DNA of 63,059 nucleotides, the filler included, from Octopus bimaculoides (taxonomy: Eukaryota), in NCBI RefSeq assembly GCF_001194135.2. It is 5 parts of 5 records of this genome, joined end to end, with 100 filler letters (N's around TTAATTAATTAA, not from the genome) between each part and the next. Parts side by side here need not be neighbours in the genome. Positions count along the whole stretch, not along the records: positions 45,455 to 63,059 come from NC_068992.1; 4 more parts are not named here. One strand, written 5' to 3'. Under the pieces are notes generated by a model. The model had not been told where the DNA came from and did not search any database. It saw nothing but the letters and a program-made list of their open reading frames with translations. The translations under genes were made by a program, and so were the position numbers. Shown piece after piece: positions 50,606-63,059 of the stretch; the stretch's first letter is position 1; every line of letters begins with the position of its first letter.

Positions 50606-51825
50606 AGTGGCAAACAGTGACAGTGAGTACTCAATGCTGCATTTGGTGGATAAATATGAACTTTACTTGCAGAATAACAGTGCTACCAATGGAGGCCAGT
50701 TACCAACATTTTTAAGTGGAACACATTAATAATTGTGAAATTTTCTGCATGAAACTATTGGTAGCATTGCTGAATCACAAAGTCACAAAATGTGTGTATG
50801 TATTATATTTATATATATATATATAAGCACACACACATGAACATCCTCTTCGTCATAAATGTAATAAAACTTTAAAAATGATTGACACCTAAAAACTATA
50901 GGACTTTGAGAATTTATTTTTGTCTTCTATCCCTCCCCATCTTGTTCTCCTCTTTGTAATCAGTAGAGAAGTGAATATATTACTTTACTTGGAAACAGTT
51001 GAAGGCTTGTTACAGGAATGGCATCTCCAGCCTTACAAATATCTGCCTCTGTAAACTTCATCCATCCAGGTAAGCTTTGAAAAATGAACATTAAAATGAT
51101 GATGATGATGATCACCATCATCATCATCACAATCTCCATCCCCATTTCTGTATCTTTTTGATTACTCTTACCCTGGTCTTTGCTCCTGTGAATGCTACAT
51201 TTGGACAAGCCTCAATGTGGACATTTGCCCTACTAGAAATAGTAACCAGACCAAATCTCCTTCATATCATATTCTGCCATTTAAAAAAATCAAAAGGGGA
51301 GGACACAGTGGATAATGTATTCCTTGATACACCATGCAAACAAAAAAAAATAATAATAATAATCATGTCTGGTACTTAATCATAGGTCTGACATGGAACT
51401 ACACAACAACAATAATTTTTCGCAACTGACCTTTTTCTATGCAAATAAATTTCAACAACAAAATCTTATAGAGACCCCAATGGGCCATATGGATCTCAGT
51501 TAATATTCATTGGTCTAAACTGTTTTCCAATCCCCTCAAATTTTTTGGCACCAGAAATATCTTTCAACTGTATAATACTTTAGCATTCACATTGTTTTGA
51601 ATTAATGATGCATTATCTTGTAGCTTTGATAAGGTAACTATTAATTTTTAGAACGATATCTTAGGGTTGGTGTGAGAGACCAGATCTAGCCAGTTTGAAC
51701 ATAAAACAGAATGCACATCCCTGTGATTACATGTCACGATGCTTTGACCGATTAAGCTAAACTACAAATTCCTCTGCAAATTAAGATATATAAATCTTGC
51801 TTTATGGGACGCTCTCATATGTTAA

Positions 51826-52047
51826 ATTCAAATTACGACAAACGTAAATAAACAAACAAAGTTTGCTTTTAGAAGCGTTGAGATGTCTGCAAAATAGGGG
51901 TAGTTTATCCTGTTCAGGCCATATTATTAGCATTATTCTGCGATTGAGAATTTAAAAAAAAAAATCACTTCTTCAACTTTCTAAAGACATCTCAACGCTT
52001 CTAAAAGCAAACTTTGTTTGTTTATTTACGTTTGTCGTAATTTGAAT
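51826..52047. repeat. Perfect 63-bp inverted repeat with a 96-bp spacer
   Basis: 51826-51888 is the exact reverse complement of 51985-52047. Confidence 0.92.
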
Positions 52048-53116
52048 AAAACAGAATATTTTGACCATACAGGACTGGTTTAAATGCTAAAGGTTTAAGG
52101 TTCAGCATCCCAGAGCAAACTTCACCGCTTCTTCCTTGGTCTTCTTTTTTCACAGGTTCCTTCCACAAGGCTGAGTGCCTCCACTAACCACGCCACTGAT
52201 GTCATCCAAGGGAAAGGCAAAGGGGCCAATACAGCTTGGCACCAGTGACATCACAACTCATTTCTACAGCTGAGTGAACTGGAGCAACGTGAAATAAAGT
52301 GTCTTGCTCAAGAACACAACACACAGACTGGTCCGGGAATTGAACTCACTACCTCATGATTATGAGCCTCGTACTCGAACCACTGAGCCATGTGCATTTA
52401 CACACACACACACACAAACGTGTCACCACTTGACAACTTGTGTTAGTGTTTATGTACCCCCCGTAACTTAGCGATTCGACAAACAGACCAATAGAACCAG
52501 CACCAGGCTTTAAAAAAAAAAAGATACTGGGAGCTATACAATCGACAAAATATTCTTCAAGCAGCTGCCACAGACTGACAAACAAGTAAAAGATAAAATG
52601 GTACTAGTTCCATTGAAATTTGCCTCAAAGGGAAATAACTTCGTATTGACCCCCACCTCCCCAATTGTTTCCCTTATCTGTGTGTAGCAAGGTAGCAAGA
52701 CTGTGGGAATCATGAAGCGATGTTAGTGGAGGAAGTGGGGTGGGGTTGACAAGGGTTTGAGATAAAGGAAAAAATAAATAAATAAAATGACATTGGGTTA
52801 TGCTTTGGTATGTATTCTAATTTTCAGTAACCTCATTTTGCTATTTATAATGTTATAAAAATAATCAACATAATGATATGATGTGGAAGAAATATTATAA
52901 ATGTATGCTTTTAAACAAAGATAAGAAAATTTATTAAATGTAAAAGATTACAACAGGCCTTGCAAATTGTTATAGAAACACTGGAAAGTTTGAAACAAAA
53001 TTTCATAGTTAAGGTTGTTTAAAGCATAACACTAAAAAAAAAAAAAAATTGTATGAAGGGAAGTAGAAACAAGCAGACTACTACTACTACTACTACTATT
53101 ATTATTATTGAAGGTA

Positions 53117-54657
53117 AGGCAGCGAACTGGCAGAACTGTTAGCAGACTGGACGAAATGCTTAGAAGTATTTTGCCCGTTGCTACGTTCTGAGTTCAAATT
53201 TCGCCGAGGTCAACATCCTTTCAGGGTCGATAAATTAACTACCAGTTGAGCATTGGAGTTCAGTGTAAATGACTTATCCCTTCCCCCAAAACTGCTGCCC
53301 TAACTCTTCGAAACGCTTAGTTTTAAAATGGTTGCAGCTGACGAAGGAAATGTTCTCTATGTGACCTGTGTGTTTTCGTTGCTCTGTTTATCATTTTGTC
53401 CACGTTTTTTGCAACGTCCTATACACAGATATGCATCTATATATACATGTAGATGTAGGTATGTACATACATGTACGCATATATGCATAGACTCATATAT
53501 TATTTGTATTATTACATGATCAAATGCACGCATCATCTTTGCAAGTAAGTTTTAACCTTATATATGTGTATATATATAGATATGTAGGCGCAGGAATGGC
53601 TGTGTGGTAAGTAGCTTGCATACCAACTACATGGTTCCGGGTTCAGTTCTACTGCGTGGCACCTTGGGCAAGTGTCTTCTACTATAGCCTCGGACCGGCC
53701 AACGCCTTGTGAGTGGATTTGGTAGACGGAAACTGAAAGAAGCCTGTCGTATATATATATGTGTGTTTGTGTGTCTGTGTTTGTTCCCCTAGCATTGCGT
53801 GACAACCGATGCTGGTGTGTTAATGGCCCCGTCACTTAGCAGTTCGGCAAAAGAGACCGATAGAATAAGTACTGGGCTTACAAAGAATAAGTCCCGGGGT
53901 TGATTTGCTCGACTAAATGCGGTGCTCCAGCATGGCCACAGTCAAATGACTGAAACAAGTAAAAGAGTAAAGAGCAATATATATATATATAATCATCATT
54001 AAATGTTTGTTTTCCATACTAGTATGTGTTGCTTTAATTGTTGGCCCCAACTAGCCACAGGACTGAGCTGAGGACCGATGTCTACTCTTGACATGGTTTC
54101 TACAGCTGGATCCTCTTCTTAATGCCAACCGCTTCACAGATTATTCTAAGAGCACTTTGCATGGCACTGGCACTAGTGAGGTCAACAAGTAACTTGTAAG
54201 ACAAGAACCCTCAGCTGAGTGGAACATATATGCACACACATACACACACACATGTATGGATGAAGATGACTGTATAAAGAAGTGCTTAGTGGAGGTGCAA
54301 TGGCCCAGTGGTTCAGGCAGCGGACGTGCGGTCGTAGGATCGCGATTTCGATTCCCAGACCAGGCATTGTGAGTGTTTATTGAGTGAAAACACCTAAAGC
54401 TCCACGAGGCTCCGGCAGGGATGGTGGCGAACCCTACTGTACTCTTCCACCACAACTTTCTCTCGCTCTTACTTCCTGTTTCTGTGGTGCCTGTAATTCA
54501 AAGGGTCAGCTGTGTCACACTGTGTCATGCTGAATATCCCCGAGAACTACGTTAAGGGTACACGTGTCTGTGGACGTTAATTTCACAAGCAGGCTGTTCC
54601 GTTGATCGGATCATCTGGAACCCTCGATGTCGTAAGCGACGGAGTGAACAACAACAA
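53117..54657 (+). mobile_element. SINE cluster: family A (53117-53300), full family C (53583-53970), full family B (54289-54657)
   Basis: The family B copy is flanked by an AAAGAAGTGC(T/C)TA duplication; heads carry A/B-box-like motifs. Confidence 0.85.
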
Positions 54658-56902
54658 AAGAAGTGCCTATTACTAAATGTGGGTGGAGCCTGCCTGACTC
54701 ACCCCCACTCTTACAAGCTACTCTGTTACTCTTCACTCCACTCCTTCTGCCTGCCACTCATTACATCCATCCTTCAACTTTACCCAATCTCTACAGTTGT
54801 CACCTACTCTTCCCCACTTATCATCAATTCAATGCTTGTTCCTCTCTCATTATATTCACTCCTCATCCTTTCCCCATCTCTCACTCTCCCATACACTTTT
54901 GCAACCTCCAACCACTCACACTCCTGGGTCTCCTAGCTCCCACCACCCTCATCATCCTTATTTTTATCCCTTCCTTGCTCCACCTTCTCCTCTATGTTTA
55001 GCCCCTTTGGGCAATAAAGAAATAAGAAACAGTACCAGTTGAGAACTAGGGGGGTCAGTGTTTGAATATATTTGGAGCTAGAATGGTGGCTGTGATAGTA
55101 TAAACTCAATCTACTAGCTAATAATCATAATTACCAATTTATTTTTATTATCATCGCTGGGTTCCAATCCAGAAAGAAATTGTGTTGCTATGTTTCAGCT
55201 AATCATCTGAAAGCATTTGTTTTGTTATGTACCTGCTCATTATGATTGGGTCCAATGTCTGAAAGTGCTTGTGTTGCTGTGAAACTATGTTTGCATAAAA
55301 GTATTTCTACTTCATTGGGTGTTTTGTTTTTATGAACTTATTTCAATTTTTAGAAACAACAAAACAACTACCACCATCATCATCATCACCACAACTACTG
55401 CCATTTGTCATCTGCTTTTCATGCTTTCCATGGGTCGAAGAGTTTGACAGAAACTGGTGAACCAGGAGACTGCACCAAGCTCCACTGTCTGCATTGACAT
55501 GGTTCTTATGGGTGTTCTTTCAGTTTCCCCTCTACTAAACTCATTCACGAGGCTTTGGTCTTTACCCAAGATGCCACACAAGTGGGATGGAACTCGAGAC
55601 CACATGGTTGGGAAGCAAGCTTCTGAATCATATACTCACACCTGTACCTTCAGTTTAAAGTTCGTATCTTCTTTAACATGGTGCTACCCTGTTGTTATCC
55701 AGTTGAGTCCAAAGGGTAAAACATGCAGAAATATTTTGGTGAAAAACAAAAACATTTCAAAAAGATAATCTGTTTAGATTTAGAGGAAGTGTGAAACTCT
55801 ATTAGCACTATTTTGTTGTTTTGTCAGAGGTAGAAAGGTATTATCAGACTGGCGACTGGCCCAAATACTTGAAGCAGAATGAGCTTTACTAAAGGCACCA
55901 AGAATTTGGCTGCAATGGTGATATTAAACTGGGTGAAGATTTAGTCTACCATTCAAGGACAAAAATGGCTCATCTGATGAGCTTACATTCAATTTTAGTC
56001 AACCAAACTTCACTCAAAATGCTTTGGTTGACCTGAGGCTACTGGCATAGCCAGAGTGTGTGCCACTCAGAGTAACCCTTGAATTTTCTACCCTCAGTCC
56101 CCTATACAGGCTTATACAACAGACCCAAAAGTGCTGCCCAGGATAGACTGCCCCCATGCCCCACCACCTTCTAGCTACACTATGCTCAAGACAACCCTTA
56201 GCCAAGGTGCCAAGCTGAAGAATCCAGCCTGTAGCCATTTAGTCACAAAGCAAACTTCTTAACCACACAGCTATGTTTATGCCATAATCATGGTTGTGTT
56301 ACGCACACACATACTAAAAAAATTCATAATTTTTGTTTACTTCGTCTTCACACTATGTCATAATGTACAAGACTAATTGCCCTTAACTACAGGGAATATT
56401 ATCTCCAGATTAGTCTCCTTTTAACGCTTTAATAATACATTAAATCATTAACAGCACAATTACCTATCAATAGATTAAGTCAAATATAATAACCAAAAAA
56501 AGGCTTTGTCTGTTTACATATATAAAGACAGTGCTGGTTAAAAAGAGCATCAACCAAAATATTTAACAGGAAAACATAAACTATTAAAAAAAAATATCGC
56601 TGAATAAGAGAAAACATAATTCTATTAATAGTATCTGTTATCAGTAATTTGTTTAATCGATTATATGACAACTGGCTTCCGAATTCAGTTTTGTTTTAGG
56701 AGACACGTTGCCAGAATTGCTTAGAGTGTTGGATGGTATGCTCTGAGTTATTTATTCCAGCTCTTACACTTTGAGTTCAAATGCCACTAAGATCAACATT
56801 TTGGATACGGAGATTCCAGAAAATTGCCAAAAATCAGAATTTTGAAATTCTTTGGACCCCTTACCCCTCCCCCTCCAACTTCTTCATTTTTCACTTTTTC
56901 CG

Positions 56903-56964
56903 TAACCCTAACCCTAAAACCCCAACCCTAAAACCCTAACCCTAAAACTCTAACCCTAAAACCC
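56903..56964. repeat. Interstitial telomere-like (CCCTAA/CCCTAAAA)n repeat
   Basis: About nine degenerate units visible directly. Confidence 0.8.
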
Positions 56965-57504
56965 AGCATACAACTACTTCAATGTATCACTACTGCATAA
57001 ATCTCTGAGAGATTTAGAAATGTACTATTTCTAAATTTGAAATCAGGGAATGTATTTCACTAGAATTATTATATGTTTACAAGAGCTTGACAGGCTTCTT
57101 CGACTAGCAGGTCATGCTACTCCAGGCTGATGACGAGCAAAAAATCAGAAACATGTCTCTGGATGCAGGCTTAGCTGAGTGGAGGTGCTTGTCNNNNNNN
57201 NNNNNNNNNNNNNNNNNNNNNNNNNNNNNNNNNNNNNNNNNNNNNNNNNNNNNNNNNNNNNNNNNNNNNNNNNNNNNNNNNNNNNNNNNNNNNNNNNNNN
57301 NNNNNNNNNNNNNNNNNNNNNNNNNNNNNNNNNNNNNNNNNNNNNNNNNNNNNNNNNNNNNNNNNNNNNNNNNNNNNNNNNNNNNNNNNNNNNNNNNNNN
57401 NNNNNNNNNNNNNNNNNNNNNNNNNNNNNNNNNNNNNNNNNNNNNNNNNNNNNNNNNNNNNNNNNNNNNNNNNNNNNNNNNNNNNNNTGGTGATATGAGT
57501 ACTG

Positions 57505-57905
57505 AAAGGTGGCGGGCGTAATGCTTAGCAGTATTTCGTCTGCCGTTACGTTCTGAGTTCAAATTCCGCCGTGGTCGACTTTGCCTTTCATCCTTTTGGG
57601 GTCGATAAATTAAATACCAGTTACACACTGGGTCGATGTAATCGACTTAATCCCTTTGTCTGTCCTTGTTTGTCCCCTCTATGTCTAGCCCCTTGTGGGC
57701 AATAAAGAAATAAGAAACGTTAGTACGCCGGGCGAAATGCTTAGTGGTATTTCGTCTGTCTTAACGTTCTGAGTTCAAATTCCGCCGAGGTCGACTTTAC
57801 CTTTCATCATTTTGGGGTCGATAAATCAAATACCAGTTGCGTACTAGGGTCGATGTAACTGACTGGCCCACCCCCAAAATTTCGGGCCTTGTGCCTAGAG
57901 TACTG
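57505..57905 (+). mobile_element. Two tandem family A SINEs that retain CpGs
   Basis: Family A body occurs twice, with CpG dinucleotides intact. Confidence 0.85.
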
Positions 57906-57923
57906 AACCGTTATGCTGTTTCT

Positions 57924-57990
57924 ACATACAAGTTTCGTAAATGGCGCTAAAAGTGCGGTTCGCCGAAAACATCAAAGATTTTCCGGACTG
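57924..57990. promoter_or_regulatory. Candidate housekeeping-type promoter
   Basis: CpG-rich unique sequence with YY1-like AAATGGCG (57939-57946), ETS-like TTCCGG (57981-57986) and a minus-strand GTATGT donor (57929-57924). Confidence 0.35.
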
Positions 57991-58905
57991 CTGTCTTGAG
58001 AATTAATACACCTGTAGCTTAGTTTACAGGTATTAATTATGTATGCAAATGTTGCTTGGTACATACTGGAAGAGTAGCAGGTTGGACAAGAGTATTTAAA
58101 AATAGTGTCGTATTAATTTGAATGTGAAGATAGGAGGATTTGTATAAATGTGGTCTGAGAGACGTACGTGTCTGTTTGCGTGAGCTTGTGTGTCTGAGAA
58201 GGAGAGAGAGAGAGAGAGAGAGAGATAGAGAGAGAGAAATGTGAAATATAAAAGAGGAAAAAGAAACGAACATTTAACGGGGATGGTATGAAGTAAATCG
58301 GACGACGATCCCTCCTCATGTCACGGATGTGATTTCGAAAAAGGAAACAATCAAATAAAATAGAGAGAGAAATTAGAATAAGAGACTATAAACAAAAATA
58401 CCATCAAATTTCCCTCAGAGACAATAAATAATACTTCAAACTTATATATCTTTAAAATGTTTTTGCTTTAAGTATAAAATACAATGGTATTCAATGGCGT
58501 CTTAAATGCCCAGAGGCCTCACGGGTGGACGGGTCTAGGACCCCAATTCTGCTCTATATATGCTGTGGTTAGCTATCAATTAATACTATAGGGCCCAGGG
58601 TACTGATATAATGCTGCTAAGCTGGCTTAAGTAGTATTGCTGTCTCATAATAATGTGTCTTCTTTCTTCTTATAGTTGAACTAGTATCGCATTTTACTCT
58701 TACCACTTAACTTTCAAGTTTTAAACTTTACACGCGTTTTTACTAAACCTTGCTAAAGAACTTAGGATTCCTCGTCACTACCTTAATTTAATGAACTTTA
58801 AACACTAAATTTTCCGTATTACTATCTAATTCTTCCTTGTTCCCTATTCCTGTTTTGCATGATTTGTCACTGTTTTGTCTTTCATGTTCTATGAATCGTG
58901 ATCGT

Positions 58906-58941
<36 letters not shown>

Positions 58942-59368
58942 CAGAGAGAAGAAAGGGGGAGAGGAGAGACAGGAAATGAAAGGAAATATTGAGAAAGAGA
59001 GAGTGGGAGAAAGAAAAGAAGAGAAAGAGAAAGAAAGGGGGGGGNNNNNNNNNNNNNNNNNNNNNNNNNNNNNNNNNNNNNNNNNNNNNNNNNNNNNNNN
59101 NNNNNNNNNNNNNNNNNNNNNNNNNNNNNNNNNNNNNNNNNNNNNNNNNNNNNNNNNNNNNNNNNNNNNNNNNNNNNNNNNNNNNNNNNNNNNNNNNNNN
59201 NNNNNNNNNNNNNNNNNNNNNNNNNNNNNNNNNNNNNNNNNNNNNNNNNNNNNNNNNNNNNNNNNNNNNNNNNNNNNNNNNNNNNNNNNNNNNNNNNNNN
59301 NNNNNNNNNNNNNNNNNNNNNNNNNNNNNNNNNNNNNNNNNNNNNNNNNNNNNNNNNNNNNNNNNNNN

Positions 59369-59403
<35 letters not shown>

Positions 59404-59404
59404 G

Positions 59405-59441
<37 letters not shown>

Positions 59442-60926
59442 AGTGAGAGAGGAAGAGAAGAGTTTAATAAGACAGTGAAATAGACAGGTAGACAAACAAA
59501 TAGATAGACAGATAGATAGATAGATAGACAGACAAATAGATAGATATACAGATAGCTGATTGACAGATAGTCAGACAGGCAGACTGATAGATAGATAGAT
59601 AGATAGATGATTGACAGATAGTCAGACAGGCAGACTGATAGGTAGATAGATAGATAGACAGATAAATAGTTAGATTAACTGAATGTGTAACAAAGCAAAC
59701 AAAAGTTTAAGTTTGAACGAGGAAGACAACGAGAAAAAATAAAATAGAAAAGAAATCACAGGTGTGGGAAAATAGAAATTATAGGGTGAAGGAGAAAAGG
59801 TAGAAAAGGAGAAATAAGTCGCTATTATTTAGCCTCAAGTTAGCGCTGAAGGGAAAGGCCTAATGGCATTTTGACTAGGTCGAACGACGAGGTGTCTCCA
59901 ACGGATCCAGAATGTGAAACAGTGTTTATATGGAGAGAGAGAGAGACGACATAATATAGGAGAGAAAATATTAGTATAGTATAGAGAGAAAGGAAAAGAG
60001 AGACAAGTTATAACGTGGAAGAGAAAGAGAAAAAGAAAAGTGAGGGAGAGATAGAAAGACAAGAGTAAGAGAGGGTTAGAAAAAGAAAGACGTGAGAGTG
60101 AGAGAGAAAGATGAGAGAGAGGGAGAAAGATGAGAGGTAGAAAAAAACACAAGAGAGAGAGGGAGAGAGGGAGAAAAACACAGAAAGAGAGAAAGAAATA
60201 TAATGCCGGGTAGAAAGACAGAGAGAAAATAGGGGAGAGACAAAAGGAGAGAAAGAGAGGTGGGAGAAAGAGAGATATGATCAATGAAAGAGGAGTAGAA
60301 TGAAAAAGAACGAGAGAAAGAGAGAGAGAGAGGGCTGCGCGTGTGTTGTGTTGTGTGTGTGTGTGTGTGTGCGTGTGTGTGTGTGTGTGTGCGTGTGTGT
60401 AGAATTCACGTAACGTTACCATGAAGAGTATTAGTACAACTAGTAGCTAACAGTTGTAGCATTAGCTGTCCGTGCGTGTCTGGGAGCTTTACTTAACGAC
60501 ACAACACACGCATTTATATAAATATATATATACTTGAAGGTAGGCTACTGAGAAACACCTGTATAGNNNNNNNNNNNNNNNNNNNNNNNNNNNNNNNNNN
60601 NNNNNNNNNNNNNNNNNNNNNNNNNNNNNNNNNNNNNNNNNNNNNNNNNNNNNNNNNNNNNNNNNNNNNNNNNNNNNNNNNNNNNNNNNNNNNNNNNNNN
60701 NNNNNNNNNNNNNNNNNNNNNNNNNNNNNNNNNNNNNNNNNNNNNNNNNNNNNNNNNNNNNNNNNNNNNNNNNNNNNNNNNNNNNNNNNNNNNNNNNNNN
60801 NNNNNNNNNNNNNNNNNNNNNNNNNNNNNNNNNNNNNNNNNNNNNNNNNNNNNNNNNNNNNNNNNNNNNNNNNNNNNNNNNNNNNNNNNNNNNNNNNNNN
60901 NNNNNNNNNNNNNNNNNNNNNNNNNN

Positions 60927-60964
<38 letters not shown>

Positions 60965-61243
60965 GTGTTAATATATGTATATATTCGTGTACTTATTTAA
61001 ACTTGCTACGAACACACACATGTATGTATGTATGTATGTATCTATCTATCTGTTTCCGTAAACATACACACATCTATAACCACACCGCTAAACAATATAA
61101 ATACATAAATAGTTAGAATTACACACACATCAATATATATATAAATATATATATAAATACAATTATATACATGCATATCATACATATATACTATACAGGT
61201 GGACAAACAAGCAGTGAGTGATTTACCCTATCTCTTCAAGCAG

Positions 61244-61263
61244 TTGCTCTCTTGAACACCATG
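61244..61263 (+). CDS. Candidate initiator exon (5'UTR plus ATG only) of a gene continuing downstream
   Basis: Pyrimidine tract and cAG, then ...AACACC ATG|GTAAGT: good Kozak context and a consensus donor. A possible upstream exon donor AAG|GTAGGC lies at 60540. Confidence 0.4.
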
Positions 61264-61344
61264 GTAAGTAAATATTTGTACTTATTTCTTACTATATATA
61301 GTGCACCTGAGTAATGTATACAATAATTTCATTATTATTTATAT

Positions 61345-61376
<32 letters not shown>

Positions 61377-61964
61377 CGATTCGTAGTGTGTATTTATACA
61401 TAAACTTGTTTTTGCACACACACACATACATTCTCCCGTTACGCATGCAGAACGTCTGTGATGGCGAGAGGAGGTTCTAAGAGTACATTGCATCCCTGGG
61501 TCCAGGAATATCCTGGGATCCCAGAAAACGTGTGGATCTATGGATCAGAAAGATCCGATCTATGTATTCACAGAAGGGAAAGAAATCCGAAAAGAAACTT
61601 CGCATCCCCTCAAACAATGCCTTCCAGACAGGATATATCAACGCATACATACATCATAACACTTGCAAACACGATTTGTGACGTTATGGATTATGTTGTT
61701 ATGAGGTGTACATGGATCAAATGGTATAACTGCTAATAGATATCTATTTATTTAATTATTTCTTTGTTAGTTTGTTTGTTTCTGGATCTGGTTATATTTA
61801 GTTTAAGGGATTTTAAGGTTTGGTTCTTCCAATCGTATCACTGTTTAAATATTGTCTATTTTCTGAGCTGTATTATGAAAATCATAGATTGACCAATAGT
61901 CTGATAGTTTCAGAAAATGCAAGGAACACGATGACGACCCCCCCTCTCTCTCTTTCTATATATG

Positions 61965-62001
<37 letters not shown>

Positions 62002-62009
62002 ACATATAC

Positions 62010-62042
<33 letters not shown>

Positions 62043-63059
62043 TCTGTCGGTGTATAAATATATACACATCACTCCTACGGTATATTTACATATAAAAATG
62101 TATACCTACATACATGTATGCATATAAAAAATATGAATATATTTATATGCATATATGCATGTATATACATCTCTCTTTCTGTCTGTCTGGTGTGTATACA
62201 TGTATATCTAAATGTATGTGTATAAATACGTCTGTATGTATGCATATATAGATATGTATGTTATCAATCAGTTTCATTTCTGTATTTCTTGTATGTATGT
62301 ATGTATGTATGTATGTCTCTCTCTCTCTCTTTCTCTTTCATTATATACATGTTGTTCATGTATTTATATCTTCGTGTATATACTCATGTAAAATCATTAG
62401 ATCCAAATTAAATCTCGTCAATATAAACATTAAGTGTTCATCCTTACACTTTAGCTCGTGAACGTGAGTTGAATCTCAATCTACATTCTCTGGTTCCAAC
62501 GGAAAGAGCAAGCAACATCGCAAGTAGAAACCAAAAATCTAACCTAACCCGCCTCTCATTACCAAATACGACAGGCACTTGAAGATGGCCGGGTTGTACA
62601 ACTACAAAAACGTGAGAATACTAACACAGGTCACTAGTTCATATACAAGAAATTAAAATGACAAATGAATGAAAATATGTTATGAATCTCATTAGCTCAC
62701 AACAGTTTCGGCTATCAGATGTAATACATCTATAGTTGAATGCTTGTGCATCGCCCTATAGCTTCGTCGGAGCTTCAAACACGAAGTGCAACTTTATTTG
62801 GGAAAATATAAAAAGCATCGCTATCGGAAAAAAAACAAAACAAACAAAATTCTTAATGTCTTCTTTTACTTGTTTCGGTCGTTCGACTGCGGTCATCCTG
62901 GGGCATCGCCTTGAAAAAGCGGCCCTAGTGCTTAAGTTTTTAAAGCCTGGTTACTTATTCTATCGGTCACTCTGGCCGAACCGCTAAGTTACGGGACGTA
63001 AACACACCAGCATCGGTGGTCAAGCCACTAGCGTAGCTAGAGTGTGTACTGCCCAGGGC

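Noticed and set aside
55150-55300. Two degenerate direct repeats with CTGA motifs as C/D snoRNAs
   Set aside because: No convincing RUGAUGA box C and no terminal stem.
58500-58640. GC-richer segment with a hairpin at 58610-58638 as an ncRNA or Helitron end
   Set aside because: No recognisable family motif, and the nearest CTAG is too far from the hairpin.
61458-61736. 92-aa plus-strand ORF
   Set aside because: No domain, splice or codon-pattern support.

Overview
This is AT-rich, microsatellite-dense animal DNA with many N gaps. Its SINE families and (TA)n/(GATA)n/(ATT)n content look like an Octopus short-read assembly; that is recognition, not a database hit. Four gaps contain an artificial 44N-TTAATTAATTAA-44N spacer, so adjacency across them is inferred by scaffolding. 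Two genes are well supported. (1) The last five coding exons of a + strand iGluR-family variant ionotropic receptor (862-6091), with all splice phases consistent. (2) A - strand mucin-like gene: a >2.9 kb TTTEQxS-repeat exon, SEA-domain exons, then PTS exons in progressive decay (24390 to ~14700). Weaker candidates are a - strand gene starting near 12.0 kb, a gene implied by a CpG-depleted domain (45.5-57.2 kb), and a + strand ATG-only exon at 61.26 kb. The rest is mobile DNA: two maT (DD37D) copies, a DD36E Tc1-like element, Penelope-like remnants, REL-type LINE pieces, three tRNA-SINE families and palindromic MITEs. I found no CRISPR, rRNA or tRNA genes and cannot claim a clearly new biological system. 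The best leads are a near-complete Penelope-type hammerhead ribozyme element, the decaying mucin exon array, head-to-tail SINE trains, and the unusual pore and ligand residues of the receptor. Most ORFs in the supplied track are microsatellite or gap artefacts.
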